Below the pieces are notes generated by a model. That model saw only the letters and a list, made by a program, of their open reading frames with translations. It ran no database searches and had not been told where the DNA came from. Shown piece by piece: positions 16,103-24,660 of a stretch of DNA of 35,795 nucleotides. The position numbers were made by a program, and so were the translations under genes. Within the stretch, counting starts at the first letter, position 1. Each line of letters opens with the position of its first letter. This DNA is from Christensenella sp. UBA767. Lineage in GTDB: Bacteria; Bacillota; Clostridia; Christensenellales; CAG-917. The stretch spans positions 1-35,795 of the forward strand of contig DBJV01000071.1 of NCBI GenBank assembly GCA_002297185.1. The letters are read 5' to 3'.

Positions 16103-19100
16103 TTGTTGAATTTTGTCAAAATCGAGGCGAGAGGTTTCAAATCTTTTGCCGACAAAATCGAAATTCCGTTTCAGGAAGGCGTAACCGCGATTATCGGACC
16201 TAACGGGTGCGGTAAATCTAACGTTGCAGACGCTATCCGCTGGACTTTGGGCGAGCAGAGCGCAAAGTCTTTGCGTGGTAAGAACATGCAGGACGTTATT
16301 TTCGCGGGTACGGAAAAGAGGAAGAGTATGTCGTATTGCGAGGTGTCGCTCACTTTCAACAACTCCGACCAACACATTTTCCCGTCAATGCCTTTCGACG
16401 AAGTGGTTATCACTCGTAAACTTGACAGGAGCGGACTTAGTGAATACTACATAAATCACAATCGCGTTCGTATGCGCGACATCATTTCCCTTTTCCACGA
16501 CACGGGTATCGGTAAGGAAGGCTATTCCATTATCGGACAGGGCAGAGTTGCCGAGATTATGTCGGCAAAGCCGGGCGACCGTCGTCAGATTTTCGAAGAG
16601 GCGGCAGGTATTTCCAAATTCCGCGCGCAACGCACCGAGGCGGAAAGAAAACTTGAAAAAACCGCTCTCAATCTCGAGACGGCAAACCAAGTTATCGAGG
16701 AAATCCAACGCCAAATCAATCCTTTGCGCAAGCAAGCCGAGACCGCTCAAAAGTACTTTGAACTCAAAGAGGAACTCAAAAAGAATGAGGTCAACCTCTA
16801 CATTTACAATTACGAGAACAATCAAAGCATTAAGCAGCGCATTTACGACCGTCTTTCCGTGTGCGAAAAGGACTTGAAAGTCAAGGAAATGCAATTCAAC
16901 GAGTGCGTCAAAAAGTACGACGATTGCATTAGGGAGTCCGCAGGTATCGACCGTATATACGACGAGTGTAACGGCGAATTGCTCACACTCAAAGTCGATG
17001 CTGCAAGGCTGGAAGGCGAGGCAGGCGTTTTGAGAGAGCGTATCAGCCACATTCAAGGCGAAATCACCCGTCTTAACAGCGAACTTCAATCCATCGACAA
17101 CCAACTCGACATCTCCGCGCAACTCATCGCAAAGGCGGAAGAGAAGAAGAACGCCGAGTTCCAAGTCTATCTCGAAACGAGCAAAGAGGCAGAGGCTCTC
17201 CAACAAAAATATTCGCTTATCACCAAGTCGCTCGCAGGTGCGGAAACCGACCTCGAGACGAGAAACAGCGAGTATATCCGCTCAATGGAAGATCTCGGCG
17301 TACTCAAATCCAATCTTTCGGGTTTCATTGCCGAAAAGGGTATAAACGACGAGCGCGCAAAGACGTTGCTTGCTCTTGTCAATCAACAAAAAGCACGTCT
17401 TGACGAGGAATTGACCAATCTTGCCATATACGACGGCAACGTCAAATCCACCAAAGAGCGCATGCGCAATCTTATGACCGAGTACAACGAGGCTTTATCC
17501 ACAAAGCTCGAAAGTCAAGAGGCAATCAAAGGCTATGCGGAAGATATCGTCAGCCTCAACGCAAAACTCGGTTTGGCAAAAGGTAATCTCGACTTGCTCA
17601 CGTCGGTGAAGAACGAATATTCAGGGTATCAAGAGTCTGTAAAACGCCTTATGCAAGACAGCAAACACGATCCCGTGCTTGCGTCCAAGATCTGGGGCGT
17701 TTTGGCGGAAGTCATCACCGTTCCGACGGACTTTGAGGCAGCAATCGAGTATTCTCTGGGCGCAAACATGCAAAACGTACTCGTTGAAAGCGAGCGTGAG
17801 GCAAGCGACCTTATCAACTACCTCAAACAAAAGGGTTACGGGCGCGTTACGTTCCGTCCGCTCACGTCCTGCCGTCCTCGCACGCTTACGCCCGAGAACA
17901 GAGGCATATTGACGGAGCCGGGCTGCTACGGACTTGCAAGCGACCTTGTGAAATGCGATAAGAAGTTTGACAAATTCGTGCAAACGCTTTTGGGTGCAAC
18001 GGTCGTTGTAAACAACATCGACAACGCTATCCGCATTTTCAGAAAATACAACCAATCGGTGAAAATCGTCACTTTGGACGGCGAAATTTTTGCTACGGGC
18101 GGTGAAATCACCGGTGGTTCGAGAAGAACGCAAACCCGAGGTTTGCTCACCCAAGAGGCAAAAATCGAGCAAGCGCAAGCCAACCTCGAGAAAATCAAAA
18201 ACAACATCGCGCTCCTCAACTCTCAACGTGAAGAAAGCGAGCAGGAATTGAGCGATTGCGAGGCAAGAATCGAGGCTCTCAACAAAGAGATGAGCGAATT
18301 GCGCATAGAGAACGGTCTCAACGAGGACAAGGCAAAACAATCCTTTGAAGTCACCGAGTCCTTGAAGGTGGAGATTTCCAAAAACGCCGAAGAGTACGAA
18401 ATCGTCAAAGCGCGTATTAAGGAACTCGAAGAGAAAATAAGTTCTATTGACCAACTTGAAAAAGTCGTGTCCGAGAAGAGAGAAGAGTACAACGCATTAC
18501 TCGCAAGCTCCAAGAGCGTCAGCACCGACCAAAAGAGCGAAAGAGAGCAAATGGCGGAGCAAGTGACGGAAATCAAAGTCAAACTTGCAGGACACAAGAG
18601 CGTCCTTGACGGCATCGACAACGATTTGTTCAGATACAATCGTGACAGAGAGCAGTTGGAGGACGAAAAACTCGACATAATCGCATCCCTCAAGCATGAA
18701 CAACAGAATCTCGACAACATCCACAATGCCCCCGAGAAAACGACGTTCTCCAAAGAGGACGAGGCGCGCATATCCGCACTCGAAAAGCAAATATCCGATT
18801 TGAGCGAGCGCAAACGCACCATATCCGACGAAATCGTTTCTTTAGACCAAGAGAAAACGAGATTGTCCGATGAGCGTTCCGCACTCAACGAAAAGAAAGT
18901 GCGCGACGAGGCTATGCTCGAAAACGTGGATATCGAAATCCGCAACCAACAAACGCACATCCTCGAAGAATACGATTTGACGTACGCAAGCGCCGTTGAA
19001 TTCAAAGATCCCGAATTCAAAGCCTACGGCGCACTCACCGTCATATCCGATTTGAAGAAGTCAATCAACCGTCTCGGCGACGTCAACCCGCTTGCACTTC

Positions 19101-19693
19101 AAACGCTCAAAGAAACAGAGGAAAGATTGCAAGAGCAGACCGTTCAACGCGACGATATCCAAAAGGCATACGACGATATCGTCACCATTATCAACGAGTT
19201 GACGGGCGAGATGCAATCCAAATTCACGGGTGCATTCGACCAAATCAGCGAGAACTTCAAAGAGGTGTTCCAACAACTCTTTGGCGGTGGTAAAGGCGAG
19301 TTGCGCCTCAATATGCAAGACACTGATGACGTGCTTGAGGCAGGTATCGACATCTACGCCCAACCCCCGGGAAAGAAATTGCAAAACATCAGTCTTTTGA
19401 GCGGTGGCGAACAAGCGTTGACGGCTATCTCGATCCTGTTTGCTATCCTCAAACTTAAACCGATGCCGTTCTGCGTGCTTGACGAAATCGAGGCAGCACT
19501 CGACGACGCCAACGTCAACTTGTTTGCGGAATTTCTCAAAAAATTCAGCGACTACACGCAATTTATCGTCATCACGCACAGAAAACCGACCATGCGCCAC
19601 GCAGATACGATTTTCGGCGTTACGATGGAAGAGAAGGGCGTCACCAAGATCGTCTCCATCGAGTTTGAAGAGGCGGCCAAACACGCAAAATAA
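16103..19693 (+). CDS. smc: Chromosome segregation protein SMC
   Basis: Walker A GPNGCGKSN, long coiled coils, hinge, signature LSGGEQALTAI and Walker B FCVLDEIEAALD. TTG start 9 nt after AAGGTGG. Confidence 0.95.
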   Translation: MLNFVKIEARGFKSFADKIEIPFQEGVTAIIGPNGCGKSNVADAIRWTLGEQSAKSLRGKNMQDVIFAGTEKRKSMSYCEVSLTFNNSDQHIFPSMPFDEVVITRKLDRSGLSEYYINHNRVRMRDIISLFHDTGIGKEGYSIIGQGRVAEIMSAKPGDRRQIFEEAAGISKFRAQRTEAERKLEKTALNLETANQVIEEIQRQINPLRKQAETAQKYFELKEELKKNEVNLYIYNYENNQSIKQRIYDRLSVCEKDLKVKEMQFNECVKKYDDCIRESAGIDRIYDECNGELLTLKVDAARLEGEAGVLRERISHIQGEITRLNSELQSIDNQLDISAQLIAKAEEKKNAEFQVYLETSKEAEALQQKYSLITKSLAGAETDLETRNSEYIRSMEDLGVLKSNLSGFIAEKGINDERAKTLLALVNQQKARLDEELTNLAIYDGNVKSTKERMRNLMTEYNEALSTKLESQEAIKGYAEDIVSLNAKLGLAKGNLDLLTSVKNEYSGYQESVKRLMQDSKHDPVLASKIWGVLAEVITVPTDFEAAIEYSLGANMQNVLVESEREASDLINYLKQKGYGRVTFRPLTSCRPRTLTPENRGILTEPGCYGLASDLVKCDKKFDKFVQTLLGATVVVNNIDNAIRIFRKYNQSVKIVTLDGEIFATGGEITGGSRRTQTRGLLTQEAKIEQAQANLEKIKNNIALLNSQREESEQELSDCEARIEALNKEMSELRIENGLNEDKAKQSFEVTESLKVEISKNAEEYEIVKARIKELEEKISSIDQLEKVVSEKREEYNALLASSKSVSTDQKSEREQMAEQVTEIKVKLAGHKSVLDGIDNDLFRYNRDREQLEDEKLDIIASLKHEQQNLDNIHNAPEKTTFSKEDEARISALEKQISDLSERKRTISDEIVSLDQEKTRLSDERSALNEKKVRDEAMLENVDIEIRNQQTHILEEYDLTYASAVEFKDPEFKAYGALTVISDLKKSINRLGDVNPLALQTLKETEERLQEQTVQRDDIQKAYDDIVTIINELTGEMQSKFTGAFDQISENFKEVFQQLFGGGKGELRLNMQDTDDVLEAGIDIYAQPPGKKLQNISLLSGGEQALTAISILFAILKLKPMPFCVLDEIEAALDDANVNLFAEFLKKFSDYTQFIVITHRKPTMRHADTIFGVTMEEKGVTKIVSIEFEEAAKHAK

Positions 19694-19884
19694 TCCTAGA
19701 TTATTTGCGCCGAATGCTAAACACGCAAAATAATCGTTGCATAGGCAACGACATCGCACCGTTCGGTGCAACGTCGAGAGCCTTGCTTGATTATTTTGCC
19801 TCTACCGCGCAACCGATATATGCTATCAGAATAAGACGGATAAAAACTCCTGCCGCAGTTTCGCTATATCGCTTGCTTGGTGTG

Positions 19885-20023
19885 TGCGCACTTCGTGCGT
19901 ATATGGAATATTCCATAACTTGTGCCTTTGGCACAAATATCACTCTCGCTTTGCGAGAATATCACTTGCGCTTTGCGCAAATATCACTGCGACGAAGTCG
20001 CAATATCACTCCCAATAGTGATA
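19885..20023 (+). repeat. Hairpin/AATATCACT phased array 1 (4 exact 9-mers, 22-bp period) with palindromic leader
   Basis: 9-mers start at 19936, 19958, 19980 and 20002. Intervening hairpins are tgtgcc/ggcaca, ctcgc/gcgag, tgcgc/gcgca and gcgac/gtcgc. Leader is TATGGAATATTCCATA (19902-19917). Confidence 0.9.
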
Positions 20024-20036
20024 AAATAGGTGAGTT

Positions 20037-20930
20037 ATGAACTTTTTTCAAAAAATCATACAAGGTATAAAAAAGACCAAAGACGCGTTCTCAAAAAAGT
20101 TGTTCTTTGCGTTTTCCGCAAGGGAACTCGATGACGAGTTCTATGAAAATCTCGAAGAGGCTTTGTTGACGGCAGACGTTGGCGTTACGGCAACGGAAAA
20201 TCTTATCGAAGAACTCAAAAACGAGATTTTTGAAAAGAAAATCAAAAAGCCCGAAGATGCAAAAGAACTGCTTATCAATCTTATGATTGAGGACATCGAT
20301 TACGACATCCCCGAATATGAATATCCGCTCGTCATCCTGCTTTCGGGCGTGAACGGCGTTGGCAAAACCACCGCTATCGGCAAACTTGCGCATTACTTCA
20401 AAGAGCAGGGCAAGAGTGTTGTCGTTGCAGCAGCCGATACCTTCAGAGCCGCCGCAAGCGAGCAACTTGAGGTATGGGGACAACGTGCAGGCGTCAGAGT
20501 CATCCGTCACAACGAGGGCGCAGATCCTGCCGCTGTCGTATTCGATGCAATCTCTTCCGCAAAAGCCAAAGGCAACGACGTCATTTTGGTCGATACCGCA
20601 GGTAGACTCCACAACAAGAAAAACCTCATGGCGGAACTTCAAAAAATCTGTCGTGTCGTTGAGCGTGAATTGCCAAATGCCGACTTCCGCAAATACCTCG
20701 TTCTCGACGCAACGACGGGACAAAACGCCGTTGCGCAAGCGGAAATTTTCAGCGAAGATATCGACACCGACGGCATTATCCTCACCAAACTTGACGGAAC
20801 CGCAAAAGGCGGCGTAGTCCTTGCCATAAGCGAGGAAATCGGCTTGCCTGTGGTGTACGTAGGCGTGGGCGAGGGGATTGATGATCTTATTCCGTTCGAC
20901 GCCAATGACTTTATCCGAGCTTTGTTTTAA
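20037..20930 (+). CDS. ftsY: Signal recognition particle receptor FtsY (short NG-type)
   Basis: GVNGVGKTT, DTAGRL and TKLDGTAKGG motifs. RBS is AGGTGA. Confidence 0.95.
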   Translation: MNFFQKIIQGIKKTKDAFSKKLFFAFSARELDDEFYENLEEALLTADVGVTATENLIEELKNEIFEKKIKKPEDAKELLINLMIEDIDYDIPEYEYPLVILLSGVNGVGKTTAIGKLAHYFKEQGKSVVVAAADTFRAAASEQLEVWGQRAGVRVIRHNEGADPAAVVFDAISSAKAKGNDVILVDTAGRLHNKKNLMAELQKICRVVERELPNADFRKYLVLDATTGQNAVAQAEIFSEDIDTDGIILTKLDGTAKGGVVLAISEEIGLPVVYVGVGEGIDDLIPFDANDFIRALF

Positions 20931-21052
20931 TGTGCTATTTAGCGAATAACTGCGGCAGCACCACTTGCTCGTCCAGTCACGTACGTCTTGTACGTTAGAC
21001 TGTACGTTCAAGTGGTGCTTTCTTGTTCTTCATCTAAATATCGCATTAAAAC
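20924..21052 (+). repeat. Rod-like inverted-repeat element, complete copy B (~129 bp)
   Basis: Outer arms are gttttaatgtgctatttag (20924-20942) and ctaaatatcgcattaaaac (21034-21052). Inner 11-bp perfect stem is agcaccacttg (20957-20967) with caagtggtgct (21009-21019). The loop folds further (cagtc/gactg, acgtac/gtacgt). The left arm overlaps the ftsY stop codon. Confidence 0.8.
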
Positions 21053-21144
21053 GTTTCTCGTGTGGGGTATGGAGTGAAAAAATATTTATTCCATACATTA
21101 TGATAATACAATTTATATTTATATAAAATCAATAAAAATATCAG

Positions 21145-21179
21145 GGTGTCGAGCAAAAACGCTTGACACCTTTGTTTTT
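21145..21179 (+). terminator. Rho-independent terminator after ftsY, overlapping the ylxM -35
   Basis: ggtgtcgag / cttgacacc stem (one G-U pair) followed by TTTGTTTTT. Confidence 0.55.
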
Positions 21180-21191
21180 GAAGAGTATTAT
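21163..21191 (+). promoter_or_regulatory. ylxM-ffh promoter
   Basis: TTGACA (21163-21168), 17 nt, TATTAT (21186-21191). Confidence 0.5.
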
Positions 21192-21222
21192 AGTGTCAAG
21201 CAATGGAGATTGACACTCGATT

Positions 21223-21537
21223 ATGGATAGATTTGAAATTTCGGTTTTGAGAGGGTACTACGGTGCGCTCCTCACTCAAAGACAAAACGATATGCTCGTT
21301 ATGCACTATGACGAAGATTTGTCTTTCGGCGAAATTGCAAACATAGTCGGCGTCTCTCGTCAGGCGGTGCTTGACGGCATCAATAAGGGTGAAAAACACC
21401 TTTGCGAGTATGAGGATGCGCTCGGTCTTGCAAAAAAAGACAGGCAGATTCACTCGCTTTTGGACGAAGTGTCCGTGCATTGCGACGACGAGGGCAAAGC
21501 CGTCGTTGAAAAAATCAAAAAGTTATTGGAGGACTAA
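21223..21537 (+). CDS. ylxM: YlxM/UPF0122 putative HTH protein of the ffh operon
   Basis: LTQRQNDMLVMHYDEDLSFGEIANIVGVSRQAV sequence and the conserved position immediately upstream of ffh. Confidence 0.85.
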   Translation: MDRFEISVLRGYYGALLTQRQNDMLVMHYDEDLSFGEIANIVGVSRQAVLDGINKGEKHLCEYEDALGLAKKDRQIHSLLDEVSVHCDDEGKAVVEKIKKLLED

Positions 21538-22872
21538 ATGGCTCTTTTCGGAAGTTTGGCAGACAGAATGAATCACATATTCTCAAAACTTCGCAACAAA
21601 GGTAAGTTGACCGAACTTGAGATAAAACAAGCCATGCGCGAAATTCGCGTTGCTCTCTTAGAGGCGGACGTCAATTACAACGTTGTCAAAGATTTCACCA
21701 ATAGAGTGAGCGAGAAGGCTCTCGGGGAAGATATCCTCAAATCCCTCACGCCCGCACAACAAATAGTCAAAATCGTCAACGAGGAACTTTGTGCTTTGAT
21801 GGGCAGCACTCATCAAAAACTTGCCGTCAGCGACAAACAACCCACAATCTATATGATGTGTGGTTTGCAAGGCGCAGGCAAAACCACGATGTGTGGAAAA
21901 CTTGCTCAATACCTCAAAAAACAAAGCAAAAAGACGCTCCTTATCGCTTGCGACATTTATAGACCGGCAGCAATCCAACAACTCAAAGTCGTTGCAAAGA
22001 AAGCAGGGACGGAGTGCTTTGAAATGGGACAAATCGATCCCGTCAAGATTGCAAAAGCAGGCATCGAATATGCGCTCAAAAACGGTTACGACACGGTGAT
22101 TATCGATACGGCAGGTCGTTTGCACATAGACGAAAACTTGATGCAAGAGCTTATCAACATCAAGACCGCCGTCAAACCGACGGAAATTTTGCTCGTCGTT
22201 GACAGCATGACGGGACAAGATGCGGTTACGGTTGCGGATATGTTCAATCAAAAACTCGACATCACGGGCGTTATCATGACCAAACTCGACGGCGATACGA
22301 GAGGCGGCGCTGCGCTTTCAATCAAAGCGGTTACCGGCAAGCCGATCAAGTTCAGCGGCACGGGCGAGAAAATAGAAGATATCGAGCCGTTCCATCCCGA
22401 GCGTATGGCGTCTCGTATCCTCGGTATGGGCGACGTGCTTACGCTCATCGAGAAGGCGGAGCAAGCCATATCGCAAGAAGAGGCTCTCAAACTTCAAAAG
22501 AAACTCAAAGAAAACTCCTTCAATCTCGAAGATTATCTCTCTCAACTCGAGAGTATGAAGAAAATGGGCAATCTTCAAGATATGATGGCAATGATTCCGG
22601 GGCTTTCGGGCAAAATGAAAGGCAATCCGCAAATCGACGAAAATCAGATTGCAAGAACAAAGGCGATTATTCAATCAATGACTCCAAAAGAACGCCGCAA
22701 TCCCGAAATCATCAAAGCGTCCCAACGCAAGCGCATTGCAAAGGGTAGCGGAACGTCCATTCAAGAGGTCAATCAACTTCTCAAACAGTTTGAAATGACC
22801 AAAGATATGATGGCGCGTATGCAAAAGGGCGGTATAAAAGGACTTCGCGGTCTCAAAGGCTTGCCTTTCTAA
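21538..22872 (+). CDS. ffh: Signal recognition particle protein Ffh
   Basis: GLQGAGKTT, DTAGRL and TKLDGDTRGG motifs, followed by a Met-rich M domain. Confidence 0.96.
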   Translation: MALFGSLADRMNHIFSKLRNKGKLTELEIKQAMREIRVALLEADVNYNVVKDFTNRVSEKALGEDILKSLTPAQQIVKIVNEELCALMGSTHQKLAVSDKQPTIYMMCGLQGAGKTTMCGKLAQYLKKQSKKTLLIACDIYRPAAIQQLKVVAKKAGTECFEMGQIDPVKIAKAGIEYALKNGYDTVIIDTAGRLHIDENLMQELINIKTAVKPTEILLVVDSMTGQDAVTVADMFNQKLDITGVIMTKLDGDTRGGAALSIKAVTGKPIKFSGTGEKIEDIEPFHPERMASRILGMGDVLTLIEKAEQAISQEEALKLQKKLKENSFNLEDYLSQLESMKKMGNLQDMMAMIPGLSGKMKGNPQIDENQIARTKAIIQSMTPKERRNPEIIKASQRKRIAKGSGTSIQEVNQLLKQFEMTKDMMARMQKGGIKGLRGLKGLPF

Positions 22873-22942
22873 AAAGAAATAATATCGATTATATTAACAA
22901 CTATAATATAAAATAAATTATCACAAATGGAGGCTAACTGTT

Positions 22943-23191
22943 ATGGTTAAACTTAGACTCACCAGAATGGGCTCAACAAAAGCACCTTTCTATCGTATCG
23001 TTGCAATGGATTCTCGCAAAGCGCGTGACGGCAAGTACATCGATCAAATCGGTTACTACAATCCCGTTTCCGAACCCAAGCAAATCGTCATCGACGCCGA
23101 CAAAGCAAAACAATGGCTTGCAAACGGCGCTCAACCGACTGATACGGTTATGGGTTTGCTCATTCAACAAGGTATCGTTGAAAAGAAGTAA
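22943..23191 (+). CDS. rpsP: 30S ribosomal protein S16
   Basis: [21 protein letters not shown]. Confidence 0.95.
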   Translation: MVKLRLTRMGSTKAPFYRIVAMDSRKARDGKYIDQIGYYNPVSEPKQIVIDADKAKQWLANGAQPTDTVMGLLIQQGIVEKK

Positions 23192-23205
23192 TTTGGTGGC
23201 TTTAG

Positions 23206-23445
23206 ATGATTGAATTGGTCGAATATCTTGTTGCCTCGCTCGTTCCGGACGGTGATTACACCGTGGAACAAAGAGACGGTAACGGTGCAAGCGACATCGT
23301 TGTTACAATCGCAAAAAAGGACATCGGCAAAGTGATCGGCAAGCAGGGCAGAATTGCAAAAGCAATCCGCACTCTCGTCAAATCCGCAAGTGCAAAATCC
23401 GGTGCGAAATACAACGTTGTCATCGAAGAAAAAGATGAAATCTGA
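23206..23445 (+). CDS. khpA: KH-domain RNA-binding protein (YlqC/KhpA)
   Basis: IGKVIGKQGRIAKAIRTL (GXXG KH motif) and the conserved rpsP-rimM position. Confidence 0.85.
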   Translation: MIELVEYLVASLVPDGDYTVEQRDGNGASDIVVTIAKKDIGKVIGKQGRIAKAIRTLVKSASAKSGAKYNVVIEEKDEI

Positions 23446-23938
23446 ACTCACGATAGGCAAGGTTTTGAAACCGCGCGGTTTGAAAGGGGAACTCAAGATT
23501 GAGACTTATTCCTCTGATTCCGCACGGTTTTCTCGCCTTAAACAACTCAAAATCGACGGACAAGAGCATAGCGTCAAAAACATCTTGCTCGAAGGCGCAA
23601 TCGGATACGTTACGCTCGACGGTATCGACGACGTATATAAAGCCGAGGCATTGAGAGGCAAGTTTATCACCGCAAAAAGAGACGATTTGCCCAAACTTCC
23701 CGACGGCAAGTACTACATCGTGGATATGATTGGTCTCGACGTGTATGTAAACGGTGAGTGCGTGGGCGAAATCACGGACGTTTTGCAATACGGCTCGGCG
23801 GACGTGTATGTCGTAAGAAACGGCGATGCGAGTTTGAGTTTCCCTGCAATCAACGGACTTATCAAAGAAGTGGATTTGCAAGGCGGAAAAATGATGCTCG
23901 ACGGCACTATATTCAATCGCGTAGTGGTGTTCAACTGA
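23435..23938 (+). CDS. rimM: 16S rRNA processing protein RimM
   Basis: IGKVLKPRGLKGELKI plus a PRC barrel. Start trimmed to MKSELTIG (ATG 23435), which overlaps the khpA end by 11 nt. Confidence 0.9.
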   Translation: MKSELTIGKVLKPRGLKGELKIETYSSDSARFSRLKQLKIDGQEHSVKNILLEGAIGYVTLDGIDDVYKAEALRGKFITAKRDDLPKLPDGKYYIVDMIGLDVYVNGECVGEITDVLQYGSADVYVVRNGDASLSFPAINGLIKEVDLQGGKMMLDGTIFNRVVVFN

Positions 23939-23939
23939 T

Positions 23940-24659
23940 ATGAAATTTGACGTATTGACGATATTTCCGCAATATTTCGACGTCCTCAACGAAAGCCTTT
24001 TGGGAAAGGCAATCGAGGGGGGCAAATTTTGCGTTGACGTCGTAAATATCCGTGATTTTTCAAAGGATAAACACCTCAAAACCGACGATACCCCGTACGG
24101 TGGCGGTGCAGGCATGGTTATGACTCCCGACCCCATCGTAAGCGCGATAGAGGCGGTCGATCCACACCACGAGGCTTGGCGCGTGTATATGTCGCCAAGA
24201 GGCACCGTTCTCAATCAAGCCAAAGTCGAAAGCCTTGCCAAAGAAAAGCGCATTTTGATTTTGTGTGGCGATTACGAGGGCGTTGACCAACGTGCAATCG
24301 ACATCTGCATTGACGAGGAATTGTCCATAGGCGATTACGTGCTTACGGGCGGTGAATTGCCTGCTCTTGTTACGATAAACTGCGTTGCGAGATACATCGA
24401 CGGCGTTCTCGGCTCGGACGAAAGCACCAAGGAAGAAAGTTTCTCCAACGGACTTTTGGAATATCCGCAATACACCCGTCCCGAAGTGTATAGAGGTTAC
24501 GCCGTTCCCGAAGTATTGCTCGGCGGCAACCACAGCGACATTGAAAAATGGCGTCTTGAAAAGTCTCTCGAAGTTACGATGAAACGTCGCCCCGACCTGT
24601 TCCGACATCTCGATTTAGGCAAATTCCTGCCAACCAAGAAAAGAAAACGCAATCGTTAA
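23940..24659 (+). CDS. trmD: tRNA (guanine37-N1)-methyltransferase
   Basis: DDTPYGGGAGMVM and LSIGDYVLTGGELPA motifs. Confidence 0.95.
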   Translation: MKFDVLTIFPQYFDVLNESLLGKAIEGGKFCVDVVNIRDFSKDKHLKTDDTPYGGGAGMVMTPDPIVSAIEAVDPHHEAWRVYMSPRGTVLNQAKVESLAKEKRILILCGDYEGVDQRAIDICIDEELSIGDYVLTGGELPALVTINCVARYIDGVLGSDESTKEESFSNGLLEYPQYTRPEVYRGYAVPEVLLGGNHSDIEKWRLEKSLEVTMKRRPDLFRHLDLGKFLPTKKRKRNR

Positions 24660-24660
24660 A

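Noticed and set aside
19705-20040. 111-aa ORF across the smc-ftsY spacer (the 76-aa ORF at 25775-26005 is similar)
   Set aside because: These are translations of the hairpin arrays and REP-like units (…NITLALREYHLRFAQISL…, …LDCHVAICIAPRNDI…). They show periodic repeat-derived peptides and have no RBS.
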